Assembly: GCA_013239625.1 (NCBI GenBank)
Contig: MU054187.1
Location: forward strand, 2,303,757-2,367,756
DNA length: 64,000 nucleotides
DNA from: Lama guanicoe
Taxonomy: Eukaryota
Direction: 5' to 3'
The notes beneath the pieces were generated by a model. The model did no database searches. It had not been told where the DNA came from and worked only from the letters and a program-made list of their open reading frames with translations. Shown one piece after another: positions 1 to 12,222 of this stretch. The position numbers were made by a program, and so were the translations under genes. Each line of letters opens with the position of its first letter. Position 1 is the first letter of the stretch.

Positions 1-249
1 CATCTGGAAATGTTACTATTTCTTGAAGAGTACCTGACATCACCACATTACTGCTTGTCATTCTCAAGCAGAAGTATCTCACATGACTCTCCAGGTGCTA
101 GCAGTCTTCATGTGAACTCTGCAGTGCTCGTGAGCACCAGACTTGCTATGGTGGTATCACGGGCTACCTGTTCCATTAACACCATCAGCAACTTAGCAGA
201 AGCATCTTCACATCTTACTTCAGCTTAAAATGCCTGTCAGAGGCTGGGT

Positions 250-632
250 GTCATACTGGTTTCTTAGCTGCTGTAACACAGTAGCTCAGGCTGCCTGGTT
301 TAAACAGCAGTGTTTATCTTCCCGCTGTTCTGGAGGCTGGAAGCCAGAGGTCAGGGTGTGGGCAGGGCTGGTTCCTTCCCAGCCCTGTCTCTGTAACTTG
401 AGGATGGACGCTTCTCCTGTGTCCTCGCATGGTCATCCCTCTGTGTGTGTCTCTGTCCTGACTCTTCTTATAAGGACACCAGTCACACTGGATCAGAGCC
501 CACCCTGACAACCTCATCTTAACTTAATTACCTCTTTGAAGATCCTGTCTTCAAAAACGGTCACATTCTGAGGCACTGGTGGTAAGACTTCAGCATGAAT
601 TTGGGGGGCGAGGGAACACAGTTCAGCCATCA
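250..632 (-). mobile_element. ERVL-MaLR solo LTR (MLT1B/C-like)
   Basis: Hallmark segments GCTGCTGTAACA...GTTCTGGAGGCTGGAAG...CTTATAAGGACACCAGTCA...TTAATTACCTCTTT...GTCACATTCTGAGG. Confidence 0.85.
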
Positions 633-1279
633 TGAGATGTGGTATAATTCATGAGCAATGGGGTTGAAACTCAGAAGACGAGGGTTCTGGTCCTAGCTTA
701 GACACGTAGTGATGAATTAGCTTGGACAAGTCCCTTAGCCTCCCAGGGACCTGGCTTCCCTGTGGGGTGCTGAGGAGAGCCCCAAACCTGTGCTCCAACA
801 TGTGGAGGGGCCACCAGTGCACGCTGCAGAGGGGCCAGTAAGGGGCAGACACTTCACAAGGCACGTTCTAGGGCTTGCCCGCTGGTCACCTGGAGAATCT
901 GGCTGGTCAGCACTTCGGGAGCAGCCCGTGTTGGGAGGGGAGAGATTAACGTATAGAAACAAGGAGAGGCCCTGGGGCACGTGGAGGTCCGTCCTTGCTG
1001 GGCACACCGGCCTTGAGGTCAAGCTCCAGGCAGAGTCAACGTGGCCAGGAGAAGGACGTCTGGGGTGTTAGAGTCAGAACAAGGGGACATCGCGGGAGCC
1101 TGCTGGAACGCTCGTCAGCTGCAACTGCCTGCTGCAGTCTTACTCGTTATGTGGATACTTCTGCAAAGGACATAAAGATTAAGTCCTCCAGCCAGAAAAC
1201 CCCAGTGAGCAGTGCCAGGACCTGGTGAGCAAATGCTGCAACTGATCCCCTTTCCTATCACAGGACGCTGGAGTCACCG

Positions 1280-1428
1280 AAAATTAAGTAAAATGTAGAA
1301 GTCCCTTCCTCAGCCACACTAAGCACATTCCGAGGGCCCAGTGGCCCCGTGTGGCCAGTGGCCACCAGGCTGAGCAGCGTCGATGCAGAACATTTCCATC
1401 ACTGCAGAGGGTCCTGTTGGGCAGAGCT
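1280..1428 (-). mobile_element. hAT-Charlie MITE (MER3-like)
   Basis: GTGGCCAGTGGCCACC...AGAACATTTCCATCACTGCAGAGGGTCCTGTTGGGCAGAGCTG resembles the reverse complement of MER3. Confidence 0.75.
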
Positions 1429-1589
1429 GCCATCACCTACACAAAGAATTCAGCTGTCAGCTTCTACTTCCAACGTGCCATGTTCTATGCCGAGACTTTA
1501 GACATGACCGTTGAATACACAGTACTTACTGAGTGAGTAGAAACATGCCCACTTACTGCGCAGATAATATTAATGTTAACGATCATAGT

Positions 1590-1760
1590 CCATGCTTCTG
1601 CAGCACCCTAGAAGCACCTCCTATATGTAACTCATTACAAGGACCCTATGACATTAGTGTTATTACTGTCCCAATTTTAGATAAGTGAACTGATGCACAG
1701 AGAGGTTAGTATCTCCCCCAAAGGTCACACAGCTATTAAGAAACAGAGCTGGTCTGGCTA
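1590..1760. mobile_element. MIR SINE fragment
   Basis: MIR core-like CCCAATTTTAGATAAGTGAACTGATGCACAGAGAGGTTAG...CCCCAAAGGTCACACAGCTA. Confidence 0.75.
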
Positions 1761-2051
1761 CGGAGACTCTGTGCTCACCGCACAGGGAGACCTAAGCAGA
1801 CCAACGGCCAGTCAGCCTAACCGTGCGTCGGTTTGTTTAGTTAACTATCACTGCGGAGTCCTTCACTGTCTCCTGCAAACCTATGTCAACATAAGCTGAA
1901 AACGCCGCAGAACTTCATTAGAATCTGACCCATAGTCCAGGGATTACACGAGGAGCCTCACAGCTCTAATCGGATTACTATTGCTTTGGACTATGTAGCT
2001 TCACGAAAGTTACCCCACATGCTTGGAGCCACACCATAAAAATTTAAAGAA

Positions 2052-2395
2052 CACGGTGGATCCTCATGACTCCAGGATCCCGGGTGGGCGCATTTCCCTT
2101 CTCAATGACACTTCTGTGTACCCCCAACACCAGCGCTCCCACGGCCTTCACGTGCAGATGTGCTCGGAGAGGTGAGAACTTTGTCACCCTGCGCACATGT
2201 TCCCGGCTCAGGGAGATGCAGGGGACACTGCCTCCCCATCTCAGCTCTCCTGCTGTTAGCACGTGTCTCTTCCACACTGTTCAGTGCCATGTTTTCGCAT
2301 TTCTTGTTGGTGACTTCACTGTTTTAAATGACCCCCAAGCGTAGTGCTGAAGTGCTGCCTTGGTTCCTAAGTACAAGACAGCTGTCACGGCCCTA
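2052..2395. mobile_element. TcMar-Tigger DNA transposon relic (MER82-like)
   Basis: GTTTTAAATGACCCCCAAGCGTAGTGCTGAAGTGCTG...GTTCCTAAGTACAAGA matches a recalled Tigger-family MER consensus; subfamily uncertain. Confidence 0.65.
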
Positions 2396-3639
2396 ACAAT
2401 CCATCGCAGGTATCTTTAAACTGCTGCCCGTTAAGTATGAGACATCCAGGTGGAATTGCTGGCCTCTGTCCAGAAGTGATTTCTTTCTCTCAATAGCTTT
2501 TTATACACGCACCCTCTGTTAGTTACCAAAAACTTTCATATCTACACAATGTACATGTGTTATCTTCTTTTTATTACTAGCTTGCAAACTTGATAAGAGG
2601 TATAGTGTATAATTTATTTTTATAAGCCCTATGCAGCACAAAGCCTTGTGTGTGTAGTTGGTGCTAAATTCAAGTAATGCATTAAAGAACGGATGGATGG
2701 ACAGACGGACAGGTGGCTTCAAGTAGTCTCAGAGATGTGAGGTAAAAGGGAGAAATATGAAAAGTGGATCCCAAGCAACAGAATTCTGATCTGAAATCTG
2801 CTGCCAGGAAACATGAATTCTGCTTTGCTTTATGTTCGCTTAAATGTATAATCTGAATGTCTTTCAGAGAATTTACTTTATCAAAGACACGGAGAGAAGA
2901 AAAGGAATCAAATTATGAAGTAACATAGATGAATGTGGCTGCTAGGAAACATTCCTGCTTATGAAACACATCAAGGGTGAGGCAGCATAATCAGCAGTGT
3001 TAATAGTACTAAAGGTGATCGCCATGGTAACTCAGCACATCCATTCCCTGCACATTGTGAACTCAGGAGATACTTTTTCAACCTACAAACTCATGGCTTG
3101 TAAAAATGAAAATATGCATTAAGCAACTTCATCCCTCCCTGGGTGAGTGATAACCAGGTCTCCTGCAGGATGGATGCTCAGCCCACTCTCTTTTTTATCG
3201 ATGACTTCTCTCTTGTATGCACCCTCCTAGCCGCTTCAGAGCGCACCCACGCAAGCCCCTCTCCAGCACGAATATGCATTTCATAACAACAGTTATTACA
3301 GGTGTCACTTTGATCTGACTGGTCCATAGGAAATGAACTGCTCACCTTTCGGAATCAGCAGCCATTTAACACAGCAGAAGAGCAATTAGCCAAATAGCCG
3401 CCTAATATCCTCACCACCTCTAAAAGGTAGATAATTTATTCTCTGTTGTCGAATGAAACGAGCCCTAAGGCTATTGCTAAGCATTATTTACCGAGAGAAA
3501 TCCTTAAATTTCCCAGCAATTAAATACAACTTGCCACCCTTCGGTGTCAAAGATAATATTTCAGATTAAAGTATGCCCCCCCACCTTCCCAGACTCCCTT
3601 ATTTCCATCCCAACACACCACTGTCAGAACAACTGGGCT

Positions 3640-3785
3640 TGCATTTTTCAGTCTCTGATCTTGAGCAAGCTTCCTAACTTCTCTGAGTCTCTATTCTTAT
3701 CAGTAAAAATCTTACCAGGATATTGTGTGTTAATGAGATGATGTATGTAAAGGCCAACATATAGGTTATCAATAAATGCTACCTT
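3640..3785. mobile_element. MIR SINE fragment
   Basis: TGATCTTGAGCAAGCTTCCTAACTTCTCTGAGTCTC...TCAATAAATGCTA. Confidence 0.65.
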
Positions 3786-3845
3786 GGCTAACAGATTGTG
3801 AAATTAAATATGTGATCTTTGGTTTATGGGTTTTCTGGGTCTTTT

Positions 3846-4437
3846 AGAAAATTTTTTATTGAAGTATGATTCATTTACAATATTTCAGTTGCACAGCAAA
3901 GTGGTTCCGTTATACATATATGTGTGTATATATATTCTTTTTCAGATTCTTTTCCATTATAGGTTATTACAAGATATTGAATATAGTTCCCTGGGCTGTA
4001 CAGTAGGACTTTGTTGTTTATCTATGTTATGTATAATAGTGTGTATCTGTTAATCCCAAACTCCTAATTTATCCCTACCCCCACCTTTTCCCCCTGGTAA
4101 CCTTAAGTTTGTTTTCTATGTCTGTGAGTCTGTTTCTGCTTTATAAGTAAGTTCATTTGTATCATTTTTTCAATTCCACATATAAAGTGATTCATATGGC
4201 ATTTGTCTTTCTCTGTCTGACTTACTTCACTTAGTATGATGATCTCTAGGTCCATTCATGTTGCTGCAAATGGCATTATTTCATTCTTTTTATAGCTGAG
4301 TAGTATTCCATTGTGTATATAAATACACCACATCTTCTTTATCCAATCATTTGTCTATGGACACTTAGGTTGCTTCTACATTTGGGCTGTTGTAAACAGT
4401 GCTGCTGTAAAGGGTGCATGTGCCTTTCCAATTACAG
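3846..4437 (-). mobile_element. LINE-1 3' end fragment (cetartiodactyl-type 3'UTR plus ORF2 C-terminus)
   Basis: TTTTTTATTGAAGTA...GATATTGAATATAGTTCCCTG...GTTGCTGCAAATGGCATTATTTCATTC. Confidence 0.92.
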
Positions 4438-5059
4438 ACAGACCTTCCTTCATGGAAGCTATGCTGTTCTCCTGTCAAATTGAGCTGATGTGATTTTTTT
4501 CTACATGAAGCACAAAAATGAAGTCTTTGGTTCTACAAGGATCAACTCAGTCTCTCCATTTGGTATCGACAGTCTCCTTCCACCACCAAGTCAGCCACGG
4601 GGCGAGCAAACCAAGGGTGGTGGACGATGAAGTGGGCCGCGGGAAGGACAGAGCTGGGTCTGCTCTGCCTGACGTCCCACGGTTGTCGCGTTTCTGATCG
4701 CTCTCCCTGTGTGTCCTTCTCCCAGAGCTGCTCCTCGTCCTGTCTCAAGCAGGTGCTTTGGACCAGGCTCTGAGTGGATGTGGGTCCTGCCCTCCAGAAG
4801 CTACTAGTCTGAGGGAAGAGCATCTGGGTGAACAGATAAACAACAACACAGTACAGACTGTGCCTCCAGCCGAGGGCTCATTCCATCCCCAAACTGAATT
4901 AAGCCCGGGAAAGCCAGCTGCTTGCCAGCTTCCCAATGATATTGTATCATGAAATGCATCAATATTTGAAAGGTCTGCATAGCCATTATTTTCCAAATAA
5001 CCAATGCATGATGGTACCCCTGGGAAATTATAGTTCTTTACATTTCATATAATTATTGT

Positions 5060-5960
5060 CATTTAAGTGGATGTAACGAATATGTATTTTAAATTTTCTC
5101 AGGCTTAATTCCTGATGTGGAAATATGAATAGATATAACTCACATAAATGAAAGCTCTTTGGGCCTCAACAATCTTAAAGAATACAAATTGTTTTTTAAA
5201 AAGCAGTTTTAAAGAATATAAAGGGGCTTTTTGAGCAGAAATTGAATTGTGTGTCTCTATGCTAGCAACAGGCCATTGGAGATTAATTTTTTGATGCCAT
5301 TTACAATAGCACCAAAAAGTATGAACTACTTCAGGATACACGTAACAAAATGTGAAAGACTTTGTTCAAATGGAAAGGAAATGGTTGGAGTGTCAGCCGC
5401 GAATAACTTGAAGGGGCCAGGAGCTGTCGGCGCTGCTGCTGTCCAGGGTGCTGATCGAAAGTGGGCTCAGGGAATCTAACGCTTAAGCGATTGGTAGGAA
5501 AGAAAAGAATGTTTTGAATTAAGAGGATAACCTGCGGGTTTCAATGTCAATAAAATCACTAAGATAACAGATAATTTTAATGAAAGAGTATTCAATTACA
5601 AAGAGATCCAATAAAGCAAGAACTAGGAAAAACAGTCCAGCGGAACCGCAGGTGACCTAGGCAAATTTTAGTAGAGGTGTGGGCATAGTTTTCTGTGCGT
5701 GTACTTATGTAGAAAAGTGTAAAACATGCACATAAAGAATACACACCAACTTCAGGGCAGTGGTTACCTACAGAGAGAGCGGAATGGGGTAGGAAAGGGG
5801 TGTTTTGGCTGTACTTATAAATTTTTCATCTCAAAATATTTAAGTCAAATGCAGCCAAATATTACTTTCACTAAGCCTGTGCGGTGGGTACAGGGATGCC
5901 TGTATTGGTGCTTTCTGCACATTTCTGTTCTTTAAATGTTCCGTAACTTTTAATAGTGAA
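5060..5960 (+). mobile_element. Degraded old L1 fragments (L1M/L1ME-like)
   Basis: ATGCCATTTACAATAGCACCAAAA (ORF2-like) near 5290 and a 3'UTR-like tract at 5700-5950, with unrelated sequence between. Confidence 0.5.
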
Positions 5961-7639
5961 TAGGACATTGGGACATTGAGTTTGAAATACTCCTGCAAGA
6001 TGACTCATGTCCCCAAAGAAAACAGGAAAAGAAAAGGAAGACCTTGAAGAGAAGGTGTCAAGTGACAGTATCTGAGCCTAGATAAAAGTAATGTGATTGT
6101 GATTAAATCAATATATAGGTAGGAAAATGTGATATTCCAGCTGTAAAATAGGGCTCTCGTCACCACTTAGTCTACCACCCCCCACCCAAAGCTGCCAAAG
6201 AGAAAATGTAATAATGTGAATCTCCTGTTTACATATATTCAGCGGCTGCAATGCGCTCCCTTCACAGCAATACGTTCTGTGCCCGTTTCTCCGACCTCAT
6301 AAATCACCCTTTCCTTTCTCCTTATTTCTGTCCTTTCCCATCCCAGAAAACCACACTGCAGACACACCAAACTTCATCCCATCACCCGAACTCACCCTCA
6401 TACTTGGCAGCTTCATGATGCAGCTGCATCTTCTCCACATTGCCTCTTAGCACCAGGCCAAGCAAAGCACATGGGTGAAATCTGCCCTGACCCTAACTGC
6501 CTGAGCTGGTAACTTTCATGCCAACTCTGAACCCTCTGAAGAGAACTTACCACAGCGTCTTGCAGTTAGTGGTTCATGTAATGGATTCACCTAATATACT
6601 GAGCCAGTGAGATCTGCGTTCCCCCGGGCCTGACAGACGCCTGGTCTATTGTAGGCTCTCAGTAGTGTTTACTAAGTCAATGAAAGAAGAAGACCACTGA
6701 CATTTATATGGGCATCAGGCTTTTATATTTAGGAAGGTAATTTATGATCAGGCTTTCTCAGAATTTCTTTAAGCTCTGCAATATGATGCGCATTTTCTAG
6801 GATTAGAATCTGATGGAGCAATAAAAAATCTGATGCAGCCTTATTTTTCTAACAAATGTAAAAATATAACTAATCAAAACCCACCTTTGAAAATGAATCT
6901 ACCGAGTCATGCTTCCTCTCTAAAACCTCAGTTATTCTCCCAGTGAACAGCTATTGTTAAGTCAACTGCCCTGTGAGACGATGCAAGTTACAAGTTCCCC
7001 CGGGGCTCTGAAGCCATGACTCTTTCATTCCGCCTGCTTCCTCTGAAAGAGTTACTTCCCTTGGGTGAGAAACTTGCTTATACAGATGATTTTACCATAA
7101 TCTCGGGCCTCTGGAATAGGAAATATTCTACTTTTATTCCACTTACGTGTATGTGTCTTTAGAGCTCATCGTCCATCATTTAACGAAGAACTGTTAATTA
7201 CTTGGAGAAGGATTGTTTTTCCTCTCAAATGTATGACTTAATGAACTTAACAAAGATGCTGTGGAGGTCTGCTTCTTAGGAGAACACTTACAAATCACAA
7301 ATTACTCTGGGCTTTAACAAATTCAGAATCTGTTCCATGAAATTAGATTATTACAGAAACATCAAATTACATTTTGGATGGGTCTGTAGCCTAATCATTC
7401 AGAGTGAGTTTCATGATGCTTAATTTCTCCTGAGTTTGTTTAATTATGAAATTCAAGTGCATTTATTATTACCATGAAGCTTAACTTGGCAACTGTACAT
7501 ACATGATTTCTTAAAATATATGGCCAGAAGGTTATAGCAGACATTTCCATAAATATCCATGCTCCCCGCGTAGGCTGTGTAGCTGTTTACACGTCGTCTG
7601 CTCTCTACATAACTATATTGTTATCGGCTGGGTTCTGCA

Positions 7640-7830
7640 GTTATTATCTCACTTAATGACCGTGTAGTCCACTAACAGGATTAAGTGTCGTTATCTGCAT
7701 TTTATAGATGGAAAATAAAAAGGAAGGCTAGTGAGATTAGGGAACTTCCCCAAGTTCAAACACCAGAATTGGTGGAACCGGGATTTGAACTCCAGCCCTT
7801 CTGATTCCAGAGTTTCACACTTTTTAGTCA
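7640..7830. mobile_element. MIR SINE
   Basis: CATTTTATAGATGGAAAA...AACTTCCCCAAGTTCAAACA...GGGATTTGAACTCCAG. Confidence 0.75.
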
Positions 7831-8334
7831 CTGCTATGCTGAAAGCCCCTTTAGGCAGGGCATCTGCCTCCTTCACCACTGTGTCCTCCACAGCTCACCG
7901 CACTGCATCTTGCAGGTATTGGTGCTGGATACTGTCTGACTGGATAAAAGAAGGAATAAGAAAATGCTTGTGAGATGAAGCTATTGGGAATATATAATAT
8001 GGAAATTTCCAAAACACACCCAGAATATATATATAGAATGAGTATCATCTCAATTTTGCAAGTGAGGAAACCAAGCCTCAAAAACCAACGTAGCTCAGAA
8101 TAAAGAGCAGCTGGTAGACACGAGAGTCACACCAGGGCTTTGATCCCCACAGCCCGTTCTGTCCGCCCCGCACCCCCTCGTCCTGCATTGCGGAGAGGAG
8201 AGATCAAACAGCGTGGCTCAGAGAGGCCGTGCAGCACGGCGGTGATGCGGATGGACTCCCGCATCAGCCCTGGCCCCGACAAGACCCAAATGCTCACTTA
8301 TGAGTGATGGGATCCAGAGCAACAAGCCCACTGA

Positions 8335-8835
8335 TAGATTATAAATTTAAATGTAAAATGACGAACATTTCAGAAGACAATATAGGGGAAGATCTTCAGG
8401 ACTTAGGTCTTCGTTAAGGGTTTTTTATACATAACACCAAGAGCATGACCCCTAAAACTAAAGCGGGTGAACTGGACTTAAAATGAAAAACATTTGTTCT
8501 ATGAAACATCCTGTTAAGACATGAAAAGACAAGCTAGATGTTGGGGAAAAAAATATTTGAAAACCACATAGGTGGCAAAGGACTCATATCTAGAACCCTC
8601 AAAGCTCAGCAACAAACCACAATCCAGTTAGAAAATGGGCAAAATGCGTCTCGGCAAAGGCGGGGTGCAAACAGCAAGCAGGCTCGTCAAGGGACGCCCA
8701 GCGTCACTGGCTCCCAGGGAAGTGAAAATCCAGACCACGCTGAAATGCCGCCGCACACTCTCTAGAGCAGCTACATAGACAGTGGTGCCAGCACCGAATG
8801 CGGGAGGGTGCAGAGAAACGGGGTTTCTCATTTGC
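8335..8835 (+). mobile_element. Old L1 ORF2 3' fragment
   Basis: AAAATATTTGAAAACCACATAGGTGGCAAAGGACTCATATCTAGAA; ORF 8538 begins KKIFENHIGGKGLISR, similar to L1 ORF2. Confidence 0.8.
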
Positions 8836-9100
8836 ATTCCTTCCCAGCTCAAGTGCCCTTGCCCCCACCCCCATCGCTACATTTCAAACACACTGAAGTT
8901 GCCCCACCTATGCACAATCGTCAGTGCGCCCAAAGATGCATCCACTTCTCCTGGAGCTCAAGTCTTCTCCGGATGCAGGCACACTCACTGCTGGACACCT
9001 TGTTAATAAGCCTTGGCACACATCGGAGGATACATTTTGCTCATGTTAGTGCGTTATAGACACCTTACTCATGGAGAGCACTTCATAGCCTTTAAAATAC

Positions 9101-9375
9101 TGTGTCTTAGTCCAGGTCATTGTAACAGAAGACCATAGACTCGGTGATTTAAACAAAATTTAGTTTCTTTCTCACAGCTCTGGAGACTGGGAAATCCAGG
9201 GCCAAGGCACCAGAAGACCCGGTGTCTGGTGAGGACCTGACTCCTGGTTTGCAGACAGCCACCTGCGGGCTGTGTCCTCATAAAGCCAAGAGAGAGAAAG
9301 AAAGGGCTCCCCCTCTTCCTCTTCCTCTTCCTGTAAGGATGACAATCCCCATCATGGGGGCTCTGTTCTCATGAC
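9101..9375 (-). mobile_element. ERVL-MaLR LTR fragment (MLT1A-like)
   Basis: TGTCTTAGTCC...ACCATAGACTCGGTGATTTAAACA...CTCACAGCTCTGGAGACTGGGAAATCC...GTGTCTGGTGAGGACC. Confidence 0.8.
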
Positions 9376-10728
9376 ATATAGTAAATACTATTATTACTAT
9401 AATTGTGGTATATGCACACATAGAGAAATATATTACTAGTATTAGACATTATTTAATTCTTAAAAACGTGAACCAGAAAAAAAAAACCCCAGAAGCTTGT
9501 TATCTCTTCCACTACGTAGAAGAGTGCAAACCCCCCCCTCACGCAGAGCCACGCATCGTTCACGTCACTGATTAAGGCATGTGCTCTAGGCCAGAGGGAG
9601 CAGCAGCGCCTGGACCCACCAGGTCGGCTCACCCACAGCACGTGAGCGCCGAGAATACAGACGTTGTGCAGAACTCTCTATTGGCAGAATAATGGTTACA
9701 CAGCCCGAAGACGATGATCCTTAGTTCACAAACTAAAGTGTGAGGGCATCCTCACACAAGTCTGTTTTTCAATAAATGCATTTGATTTCCGTTTTGAACT
9801 CCATCCCCGCCAAATAGGCAAACGAAATTAACCTCAGTCACGTTGGGGATTTCCTCTCATTTTTCTTCAGGCTCAAGTCAGGGGGTGATGAGTGTCAGCC
9901 CCCTGCAGGGCCCCCCCCAACTCATCCGTCCATGTAAGTCCCCACCGGCACACTCACTGTCCTGTTTCTTTGCACTGGTTTTGATTTTTTTAAATGTTGC
10001 ATTAACTTAGGTTTATCCTGATGACACATGGGGGGGGCTCTCCTTGGGTTTCGCCCTCAGGACAAGCGCCTCACCCGCCCCGCCCCCCGTCCTGGACCGG
10101 CGGACCGGCCTCCGACGCGGCTGGCGCAGGCTCCCCGAGGCTCGCAAACGAGAGTTGTTACATATTCCTGCAGGACATTTCCTCTCCTTCCGAAGGAGCA
10201 GAATGTGGCTTTATTTTTCTCTAATGTATGACAGTAGCGGACCCAGTCACTCCTCCGGGAGAGTGCCCTCCGGAGGCCGACCGGCCGGGTTCGGGCGCGG
10301 GTGGAAATCGGCGCCTCCGCCTGGGCGCTCAGGGCAACGCCGTAGCCTCCTGGCCTGCGGAGATGGATTCCAGGAAGCAGCTCGGCGCCAAACTCACTTA
10401 GCTGTGAATGACAATTTATTTTCGCCCCTGATAAACTGCTAACTCCCCAGTTAATTTCCTCATCCAGAGCTTCTTTCCTCTCAACGAAGCGAACAGCTTC
10501 CTGACAGCAGTGAAAACGTGAGCGCCCCGTGAGCTCTGCTGGCTGACAGTCAAGGTCGCTGTTACTTGAAGTTTATATTTTAAAAGGCTCATGGAGGAAA
10601 ACAATCATTCAAAAAGCATTCAGCCCGTCAAATGTGTTCAAGCCCCAGAATTCAGTGCATTCTAACTACTCTAGCAACTGTTTGCAAATAAAAACTTCTA
10701 AAACTTACAAACAGAAAATAAACAAGGA

Positions 10729-10857
10729 GGGGAGAGGGACTAGCTCAATGGCAGAGGGCATGCCTAGCATGCATGAGGTCCTGGGTTCAGTCCCCAGCGC
10801 TTCCATTAAAATAGAATAAATAAATAAATCTAATTATCTTCCCCACCGCGAAAAAAA
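10729..10857 (+). mobile_element. Camelid tRNA-Ala-derived SINE (Vic-1-type) with target-site duplication
   Basis: tRNA-like head TAGCTCAATGGCAGAG...GGTCCTGGGTTCAGTCCCCAG and A-rich tail. TSD GAAAA(T/G)AAACAAGGA at 10714-10728 and 10858-10872. Confidence 0.88.
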
Positions 10858-11368
10858 GAAAAGAAACAAGGAAAGAGAATGGACAAGTGTCTGCCAAATA
10901 GGGGAAGCTAAGGAAAGTCTATATTCAGAGTAGAGTATTTTAAAATACTGCGTATTCTTCAAAGAAAAAAATTAATCTTAATGAAGCAAGATTTTTCTTA
11001 AGTGGAATATCTTTTTTGTCCCCAAGAAACTTAGAAAAAGCATTCATAAAATCACAAATCACTCTCAGGGATATAAATATTGAGGGCAGCAATAGCGTGT
11101 GACAATAAAATTACCTTCAGAAACAGAAGAAGTGAGAGGCTGTTCCAGGGCAGAGAGATTAGGTGATGACTCAAGACACTGTGGTCCCTACACATATTTT
11201 CTAAATTATCCCTTGTGTCAGAAAAAAACCTAAAAGGACACGTAAAATCTAACCAGATAATGTAAGTCAAAAGAGCAGGCAAAAAGAGAAAGAAAAACAA
11301 GGCTCCGGACTTAAAACCAAGGCAGGAAAGAAGGGAAAATAGTCTGCAGAATAATTAATCATGAGCAC

Positions 11369-12222
11369 AAGGAAGACATCCAGGTGGCCAACAGGCACGG
11401 GAACACATGCTCAGCATCACTAAATGTTAGAGGAATGCAAATCAAAACTACAATGAGGTACACCTCACACCGGTCAGAATGGCCATCATTCAAAAGTCCA
11501 CAGATGACAAATGCTAGAGAGGCTGTGGAGAAAAGGGAACCCTCCTACACTGCTAGTGGGAATGCAGTTTGATGCAGCCACTGTGGAAAACAGTATGGAG
11601 GTTTCTCAAAAAACTAAAAATATACTTACCATATGACCCAGCAATCCCTGGGTCATATATCCAGAGAAAAATAATTCAAAAAGGCATATGCACCCCAGTG
11701 TTCACAGCAGCACTGTTTACAATAGACAAACATGGAGACAACCTAAATGCCCATCAACAGATGACTGGATAAAGAAGTTGTGGTATATGTATACAATGGA
11801 ATACTACTCAGCCATAAAAAAGATTAAAATAATGTCATGTTCAGCAACATGTGTGGACCAGGAGATCATCATTCTAAGTGAAGAAAGCCAGAGAGAGAAA
11901 GAAAAATGCCATATGATATCACTTATATATGGAATTTTTTAAAAAAGGATACAAGTGAACTTATCTACAAAACAGAAACAGACCCACAGACATAGAGAAC
12001 AAACTTATGGTTACCAGGGGGGAACCCGGCATCCCAAGGGATAAACTGGGAACTCGAAAACTGCACCTCTTGGGGAGGGATGGAAATATTAGCTATCTTG
12101 ATTGTGGTGGTGGTTTCATGGGTGTGCACATCTACCAAAATTCATCACACTGTACACCTGAAATGTGTGTAGTTTACTATACAGGAATCACACCACAATA
12201 AAGGTGTTAAGACATTTTTTTA
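11369..12222 (+). mobile_element. 5'-truncated L1 (ORF2 C-terminus plus 3'UTR) with chimeric 3' end, flanked by a 12-bp direct repeat
   Basis: ORFs 11384-11942 give frameshifted L1 ORF2 C-terminus (QIKTTMRY, QPLWKTVWRFLKKL, WIKKLWYMYTMEYYSAIKK). AATCATGAGCAC at 11357-11368 and 12223-12234. Confidence 0.92.
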
